DNA from: Limisphaerales bacterium
Lineage (GTDB): Bacteria > Verrucomicrobiota > Verrucomicrobiia > Limisphaerales > SIBE01
Length of the DNA stretch: 64,000 nt
NCBI GenBank assembly: GCA_044225505.1
Contig: JBGAIN010000005.1
Coordinates: 1-64,000, forward strand
Reading direction: 5' to 3'
Below the pieces are notes generated by a model. The model searched no databases. It was not told the origin of the DNA and saw only the letters and a program-made list of their open reading frames with translations. The number at the start of each line of letters is the position of its first letter. Within the stretch, counting starts at the first letter, position 1. The position numbers and the translations under genes are program-made. Below, in pieces: positions 57,717 to 64,000 of this stretch.

Positions 57717-60700
57717 TCACCGTCCGACCGTCAGGCTGCCGTTTCCCTCGATACGAACTTCGTGCGCACCGTTAGGTAATGCGGACACTGTTTCGCGGCC
57801 CCCCGGCCAGCGTACCCACACTCGCTTTGCTTCGCCATTCAGGTAAAGCACTTGCACCAATCCGTCCTGTGACAAATACCCTGCCCCGCCGTGAATCTCG
57901 TGCACCGGACCTTTCAACGCGTCGTTCTCTAAACGCAACGCCGCTCCTATTCCCCAGGGATTCTCCCCTGCCCCGATCAGTCGAACGCGCAGGCCGGGGT
58001 TGGCGCCGACATTGTGATAGAGCTTCGTTTCGCTGCCATTCTGGGTGTCGACCAGGTCCAGACGCCCGTCTTGATCGTAATCGCAAAGCGCAGCGCCGCG
58101 TTGCTCGCCATAAACCTTCACTCCGCTTTCCTGGCCAGACATCGGTCGCCAGCGACCTTGGCCATCTCCCCGCAAGACCAGCCCCCGACCCGCATTGCAC
58201 GGCTGCGCGTCCGGATTGACCGCGTAGAAATTCTGGCTGAGGAACAGATCTTCCGCGCCATCGCCGTCGAGGTCCCCGATCGCCACGCCAAATGCAGGCG
58301 ACCACTGCGCTTCGTCGGGCAAGTCGGTCGCCTCAAAATGGTCACCTCGATTGAGCCAAGCCATTGATTTGAAAGTGGCTGCCTCGACCGTCTGGCCTTG
58401 AGCGAGTCGCTCGCCATACAGCTCCACGACCGTCGAGCGGGCATAAGCCTCGAAGCTGGAGATCCGCTCTTGCAGGAAGGGCATGGCCGAAGCCACCGCG
58501 CGAAAGCCTCGCTGAGGAACCATACCCTGGAGAGCCGGCTCAAAATGAGCATCGACGATGTCGATCGTTCCATTCCTGTCAAAGTCACCAAAGTACAGTT
58601 TCCTGGGATGTGCGAGACTCGTTCGATAGACCGAATTCAATCCCCAATTCGACGCCACAATGTCGAGCCGGCCATCTCCGTCCAGGTCGCCCGTGTTCAC
58701 TCCGTTCCAAAGCCCGGTTGCCTGAGCCAGTCCCAGCTTTTCGGTCGCTTCGGCAAAGCTGCCGTTGCTGTTCAAAAACACCCGGACCGGACCCCACTCG
58801 CACGCCAAAACCAAGTCGGGAAAACCGTCGCCGTTCAAGTCGCTAAAGACCGCGCCGTTCACGATCCCTACGCGATCAAACCGTTGCGCGACCACCAAGC
58901 GGCCATTTTGGTTTCGCATCAGCAACGACGTGGCTGGCTCGGGATACCGGCCTGGCAGCGCCCGTCCTCCGATGAACATATCCAAATCTCCATCATTATC
59001 GATATCCCCCATCACGACAGGCCCCGTATTCAGCGGTTGCCCAAGCACAGCTTCGCCAACCCTTTTGCGGCTCAGGTCATAAATGCGAAGGGCCCCGCCA
59101 TTTGTAAGCCCGTCTTCGTAGTTGGACGAGCCAACCAGAATCGTGTTGAGCGCGGGCACCAGCACAGAGGTTTGATCCCGCGGAGTCGGATTTCCCAGAG
59201 GCAGCTCGTTGACGCGAGTGAATCCACCGCGGGTGTTATTGCGATAGACGGCCAGCGGCCCGCTCCGCCCGGAACCAATGATCAAATCTTCCCAGCCATC
59301 GCCGTCGTAATCTTGCCAGCAAACGCCCGGGCCGGATTGGCTAAGTCGATTCGGCAATAGCGGCTGGCGCACAAAGTCGTCAAAAGGTTCCTCGACATGC
59401 GTATGTTGAAGCAGGCGGCTCGCGTCTTCAAAGAGCGAACGGGAATTCGTGCTGCCCGGAGTGTTCCCCAACGCCTTCTGGCGGGCGATGCCCGCACCGG
59501 AGATCGCGCCGCCTTGATCGATCTCATAAAGGTGGTTCGCCCGGACATTCTCGACGGTGCTGCGGCTTCCATCACGCCAAGTCACTTCAAGAGTTAACGC
59601 GTTGGTCAAGGTTCCAGCCGCGAAGACCCGCGCGGGGTCCTCACCCGATAGATAACGTCCTCCGCAAATGATCTCTTGCGATTGCAAGGGAACAGCCCCG
59701 CCCAGCAGCTTGACTTGAGCTCCGATACCTTTCGAATTTGGCGAGCGCCCGTGCAAGTGGACCGCCACGCGCGGTTGCGAGCTGTTGTTCCGGTAGATGC
59801 CCGCCCCTTCGTTCAGATTGTTGGTAATGATGTCGAGATCTCCATCGTTATCCAAATCGGCCACAGCCATCCCTTGCGCAATGCCCGTCCCTGAAAACCC
59901 CCAAGCTTGCCCCATTTCTTCGAAGGTCAGGTTTCCTCGATTTCGAAAGATCAGCTTGGGCGAATCCAACCGAGGAAAGAGCTTCACCAGCCGAAGGACC
60001 TCGCTCATGGAAAGGCGCTGGCCCGATTTCATTTCGGCGATGCGGCGGTCAAGATCGGCATTCTGAAAGTCACGCAACTGGCCATTCATGATGACGATGT
60101 CCTCGTAGCCGTCCAAGTCGACATCCAGGAAGATCGGACCCCACGACCATTCCGACGCTTCCACTCCGCTGAACCATGCCGTCTCGGCGAACGTGCCGTC
60201 GCCCCGGCCAATTTGGAGAGTATTCCGGTTGATCTGCGGTCGGTAATCAAACACCCCCACGGGCCAACGCATCGGGGTACTGGTCGCGACTTGCACCTGT
60301 CGTTTAACGTGCTCGCGGCTGAACATGTCCACCACAAAGACATCGACGTTCCCGTCGCGATTCACGTCTGCCATATCCACTCCCATGGAAAAGACAGAGG
60401 TGCAACGGATCACCAGATCCCCAATCGCCTGGAATCGTCCGTGTCCGTCGTTCATCCAGATTCGGTCCGGTGTATGCAAATCATTGCAGATATACAAATC
60501 CGGCGCGCCATCGCCGTTCAGATCGTGAAACTGCACTGCCAATCCCCAGTCGCGAGGGGCATCGCGCAGCCGCTGACCATGCTCGTCGAGGAAATCTCCT
60601 CCCGTAAATGGGACGGGTGTAAACCGACCACGACCATCATTGAGATAGAGCACGTCCGGTTCCCCCTGCTCCAGAACTGTTCCGGACGGTGACACGACGA

Positions 60701-61490
60701 ACCGATTCGTGAGGTCTGGAGCACTGGCTGGACGATCGTTTACCGCCGCGACGATTGGCCCTCCATTCTCCATCCGAATCCTAAACCTTGTGCTCGGCTC
60801 ATCTTTGATCGTTCTAGGCCGGAAATTCGCCACATAGAGATCCAAATCCCCATCTCCATCGATATCCGCCAAGGCCATCGAGGTGCTGCCCGTGGCCGAT
60901 CTCACACCGGCCTGATCTGTAATTTCCGTGAACTTTCCGCGGCCGTCATTGGCGAAGATTCGCGTCCCGCCGCCCAGAGAATTCACCAGCAGATCAAAGT
61001 CTCCGTCGCCATCAATGTCCGCCAAAACCGCCCCGGTAGAATCCTGCTGAGGACATGCCACCCCAGCAGCCTGCGTCACATCCTGGAACTTCCATCCACC
61101 GAGGTTTTTGAACAGGGTGTTGCCCGTCCCCAAACTGCAAAAGTAGATATCGCACAGTCCGTCGCCATCCACGTCCGCCACGGCCACACCCGAACCGCTC
61201 AGCAAATTCCGATTGGTAATCGAACGTTCGTCGGAAAGCGCATTGGTAAACGTGATGCCTGTCTCCCCTGGAGCCATTCGCGTAAACCCAGTTTTCCCAC
61301 TCGCCACGACTGGGAGCGCCGCATGTCGGTAACCTGCATCCTGTTTCCAGTCCAAAGCCGCTCCGTTCGCAGCCAGCATCCCGAGAATCAACACCCATCC
61401 CCCAACCCAGGCTGCGCCCACCCGTTTCATCACCCGACCTGCAGGGTCAACAGCGCTCTGGGCTTCGCCTTTTTGGTTCATCTGCGTCAT
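57717..61490 (-). CDS. VCBS/FG-GAP-repeat protein with ASPIC/UnbV domains (CRTAC1-like)
   Basis: Many DxDGDGxxD repeats; GIGAQV...GGRYLS...WRDG and GGAGYLSQD...VRWPGG ASPIC/UnbV motifs. Confidence 0.9.
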   Translation of the reverse strand: MTQMNQKGEAQSAVDPAGRVMKRVGAAWVGGWVLILGMLAANGAALDWKQDAGYRHAALPVVASGKTGFTRMAPGETGITFTNALSDERSITNRNLLSGSGVAVADVDGDGLCDIYFCSLGTGNTLFKNLGGWKFQDVTQAAGVACPQQDSTGAVLADIDGDGDFDLLVNSLGGGTRIFANDGRGKFTEITDQAGVRSATGSTSMALADIDGDGDLDLYVANFRPRTIKDEPSTRFRIRMENGGPIVAAVNDRPASAPDLTNRFVVSPSGTVLEQGEPDVLYLNDGRGRFTPVPFTGGDFLDEHGQRLRDAPRDWGLAVQFHDLNGDGAPDLYICNDLHTPDRIWMNDGHGRFQAIGDLVIRCTSVFSMGVDMADVNRDGNVDVFVVDMFSREHVKRQVQVATSTPMRWPVGVFDYRPQINRNTLQIGRGDGTFAETAWFSGVEASEWSWGPIFLDVDLDGYEDIVIMNGQLRDFQNADLDRRIAEMKSGQRLSMSEVLRLVKLFPRLDSPKLIFRNRGNLTFEEMGQAWGFSGTGIAQGMAVADLDNDGDLDIITNNLNEGAGIYRNNSSQPRVAVHLHGRSPNSKGIGAQVKLLGGAVPLQSQEIICGGRYLSGEDPARVFAAGTLTNALTLEVTWRDGSRSTVENVRANHLYEIDQGGAISGAGIARQKALGNTPGSTNSRSLFEDASRLLQHTHVEEPFDDFVRQPLLPNRLSQSGPGVCWQDYDGDGWEDLIIGSGRSGPLAVYRNNTRGGFTRVNELPLGNPTPRDQTSVLVPALNTILVGSSNYEDGLTNGGALRIYDLSRKRVGEAVLGQPLNTGPVVMGDIDNDGDLDMFIGGRALPGRYPEPATSLLMRNQNGRLVVAQRFDRVGIVNGAVFSDLNGDGFPDLVLACEWGPVRVFLNSNGSFAEATEKLGLAQATGLWNGVNTGDLDGDGRLDIVASNWGLNSVYRTSLAHPRKLYFGDFDRNGTIDIVDAHFEPALQGMVPQRGFRAVASAMPFLQERISSFEAYARSTVVELYGERLAQGQTVEAATFKSMAWLNRGDHFEATDLPDEAQWSPAFGVAIGDLDGDGAEDLFLSQNFYAVNPDAQPCNAGRGLVLRGDGQGRWRPMSGQESGVKVYGEQRGAALCDYDQDGRLDLVDTQNGSETKLYHNVGANPGLRVRLIGAGENPWGIGAALRLENDALKGPVHEIHGGAGYLSQDGLVQVLYLNGEAKRVWVRWPGGRETVSALPNGAHEVRIEGNGSLTVGR

Positions 61491-64000
61491 CGCTTGGGCT
61501 TAGGGACATTCGCGGACTCTTCCGGCGCGTTGTCACCGCGCCGCACCAGAATCTCTTTGGTTCCGGCAGCCACGGCACTTATGGATTCCTCTCCCCCTGG
61601 CCATCGTACCCACAGTTCCAAAGGCGCGTCGCCACGGGCGACCACTTCGATCGAACTATCCTGCGACCAGTAACCGGACCCGGCATGGACTTCGCGCGCC
61701 GCTCCCACCTTTCCGCCCGATTTTGTCCGAAGGACGGCACCTATCCCCAATGGATTTTTTTCACCCCCATCCAACCGCACACGCAGCCCGGCTCGCGCCC
61801 GTTGGTTTCGAAAGAGCTTGGTGTCCCCCGCATTCTGAGCCACGACCAAGTCAACGCGCCCATCTTCGTCAAAGTCCGCGAGCGCGCACCCTCGCTGTTC
61901 GCCAGACACCATCAAGCCACTCTCTTGCCCCGAAACGGCCTGTAATCCCCCGCGCCCATCGCCACGCAACCACAAGCTTCGCCCGGCATCCATCCGTGGG
62001 ATCTCTGGCGCCAGGGCAAAGAAGTTTTGACTCAAGAAGACATCTTCGTTTCCGTCGCCATCGAGGTCGCCGATACTCACGCCAAAGGCCGGGGCGAACT
62101 GGGCCTCGACCGGCAACGGCCGCGCTTCGAAAGACGTGCCGCGATTCAGGAACAGCATCGACGTCACGGTCTGGACAGACATCACCTGCGCTGCTTTCGC
62201 TCGGTCGCCCAGGATCTCCTCGACGCTCGCTCCGCCAAAGGCCTCGTGCGCTGTCATCCGTTCTCGCAGGAACGGCAACGCTCGCGCCAAGGAATCCAGG
62301 CTGGCGAATGGGACTGCCTTGCCCATTTCGCGGTTCCAATACGCCTCGATCACTGCTACTCCCCCATCCCTCGCGAAATCGCCGTAGAACGTTCGGACGT
62401 CGCCAGCGGCCCAATTCTGGTAACGCTGATTCCAGCCCCAGTTGCTAGCGACAATGTCCATTCGACCATCCCCGTCCAAGTCACCGGTCGCGACACCATT
62501 CCACCAGCCAACAAATCGGTCCAAGCCCAATTCCTTTGTCACTTCGTGCAGCATGCCACCCCGCGTTCTGAACACCCGCAATGGGCCCCCTTCGCAAGCC
62601 AGGAGGAGTTCGAGTATCCCATCGCCGTCCAAATCGCTCCAGACAGCGCCGCTCACCAATCCCAGGTTGCGAAGCCCGCGACTGTTTTCCGAGTCGAGTT
62701 CCCAATGGCCGTCCACTTCCCGCAGGAGCATCGAGGAGGCCGGTTCCGGATAACGCCCGCCCACCACGCGGCCGCCGACAAATAGGACCAGGCGTCCCTG
62801 CCCTTCGGGTTCCGCCCAGGCCATCGGTCCGGTGCTCGAGACTTGCCCAGGGAACGCGTCATCCACCTGAGGGGCTTGCCAGTGGAATTGCCGAACCGCT
62901 GGCCCAGCCGCGACTCCATCCTCGTAGTTCGCTGATCCCGCCAGGACTGTCACTCGCCCGTTCTTTCCCTTCCAGCCTAGCAAACTGGTTTGGTCACGGG
63001 TTACGGGTTGGTTGAAAGGGGCGTCAGCGACCCGATTGAATCCTCCCTGGCCGTCATTTTTGAAAGCGGCTAATTTCCCGCCTGCACCGCTCCCCACGAT
63101 CAGGTCTTCGTGGCCATCTCCATCCAAATCGACCCAAGCCACGCCCGGGCCTAACTGACTCAGCCGCCGCTGCAACAACGGCTGACGTCCGAAGTCATCG
63201 AACGCATTCTCTTGATGCCGATGATTCAGCCGCCCGCTCACGTCTTCGAAGAACGGCCCTGGAGACGTAGCCTTTGACGGCGGATCGCTTGGGCGCGTTT
63301 CAGATTCGTCAATTTCATACACCCAATTCGGTGCCAAATCCGAAATCGCACTGGTCTTTCCCCCTCGCCACTCCACGTCGATACTCAAACGATTGGTCAT
63401 CCCGCCGGTGGCAAAGGTCCGCATCGCGTCATCGCTTGAGAGGTAACGCCCCGCTGCCATCATTTCCTGTGACTGAACCACCGGGCCGCCGCGCACCGTC
63501 AGGCGGGCGCCCGTGCCGCGAGTCAGGCCGGGACTGCCGTGCAATCGAACCGCAATGCGTGGCGCTCCGGCATTGTTTCGATAGAGCGCCGCCGGTCCAT
63601 TCAAGCGGTTGACCACGACGTCCAGATCCCCGTCATCATCGAGGTCAGCCAAGGCCATGCCTTGCGCCACACCCCGGGAATCAAATCCCCACTTCGCGCC
63701 CATCTCTTCAAACGTCAGATCCCCTCGATTCCGAAACGCCAGCAACGGCAGTTCCAGTCTCCCGAAAGCGTTCTTCAATTCCAGGATTTGGGGCACGGTC
63801 AGTTTCTGCTGCGCGATCTGCCTATTTAACATCCGTGTCCGGTCAGCATTCATGGAATCCCGCTCGTTGCCCGTCGCGATAAGGGCATCTTCGTAACCAT
63901 CCAAATCCACATCGACGAAGACAGGCGACCAGGACCATTCCGAGGCATAGAGATGGGTCAACTGCCCTATCTCCGCAAACGTGCCGTCGCCGCGATTCAG
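61487..64000 (-). CDS. VCBS/FG-GAP CRTAC1-like protein, paralog of the downstream gene (5' end outside the window)
   Basis: Frame stays open to the window end (LNRGDGTFAEIGQLTHLYASEWSW); same motif order as 57717-61490; stop overlaps the next ATG. Confidence 0.88.
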   Translation of the reverse strand: MNRGDGTFAEIGQLTHLYASEWSWSPVFVDVDLDGYEDALIATGNERDSMNADRTRMLNRQIAQQKLTVPQILELKNAFGRLELPLLAFRNRGDLTFEEMGAKWGFDSRGVAQGMALADLDDDGDLDVVVNRLNGPAALYRNNAGAPRIAVRLHGSPGLTRGTGARLTVRGGPVVQSQEMMAAGRYLSSDDAMRTFATGGMTNRLSIDVEWRGGKTSAISDLAPNWVYEIDESETRPSDPPSKATSPGPFFEDVSGRLNHRHQENAFDDFGRQPLLQRRLSQLGPGVAWVDLDGDGHEDLIVGSGAGGKLAAFKNDGQGGFNRVADAPFNQPVTRDQTSLLGWKGKNGRVTVLAGSANYEDGVAAGPAVRQFHWQAPQVDDAFPGQVSSTGPMAWAEPEGQGRLVLFVGGRVVGGRYPEPASSMLLREVDGHWELDSENSRGLRNLGLVSGAVWSDLDGDGILELLLACEGGPLRVFRTRGGMLHEVTKELGLDRFVGWWNGVATGDLDGDGRMDIVASNWGWNQRYQNWAAGDVRTFYGDFARDGGVAVIEAYWNREMGKAVPFASLDSLARALPFLRERMTAHEAFGGASVEEILGDRAKAAQVMSVQTVTSMLFLNRGTSFEARPLPVEAQFAPAFGVSIGDLDGDGNEDVFLSQNFFALAPEIPRMDAGRSLWLRGDGRGGLQAVSGQESGLMVSGEQRGCALADFDEDGRVDLVVAQNAGDTKLFRNQRARAGLRVRLDGGEKNPLGIGAVLRTKSGGKVGAAREVHAGSGYWSQDSSIEVVARGDAPLELWVRWPGGEESISAVAAGTKEILVRRGDNAPEESANVPKPKR

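Overview
A GC-rich bacterial chromosomal segment. The gene repertoire (PVC-type heme-binding CxxCH protein, CRTAC1/VCBS proteins, secreted proteins ending in F[FY]RL) suggests Verrucomicrobiota of the Pedosphaera/Limisphaera type; this taxonomy is inference. Most of it is housekeeping: ahpC, ruvC, a C-terminal-half-only carB, folP-cdaA-cdaR-glmM, an extended Fur/PerR-sufBCD-sufU-sufT-sufS operon with two extra genes, mnmG, pgi, serA, larB/larC, mlaEFD, maf and pyrD. Several very large secreted proteins are also present. I saw no rRNA, tRNA, CRISPR array or transposase. The best second-look signals are: (1) a shared C-terminal W...W...F[FY]RL domain on two unrelated secreted proteins, a candidate lineage-specific sorting signal; (2) a perfect parS palindrome inside an in-frame insertion in mnmG; (3) a 278-bp MITE with 34-bp TIRs; (4) an 11-nt helical-phase repeat tract upstream of serA; (5) a promoter/14-codon peptide/terminator unit with no intact downstream gene; (6) the SUF-linked IscU-like and Cys-less rhodanese genes; and (7) a coupled SPFH pair plus an unknown membrane protein. 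All product calls come from motif recognition; no database searches were run.
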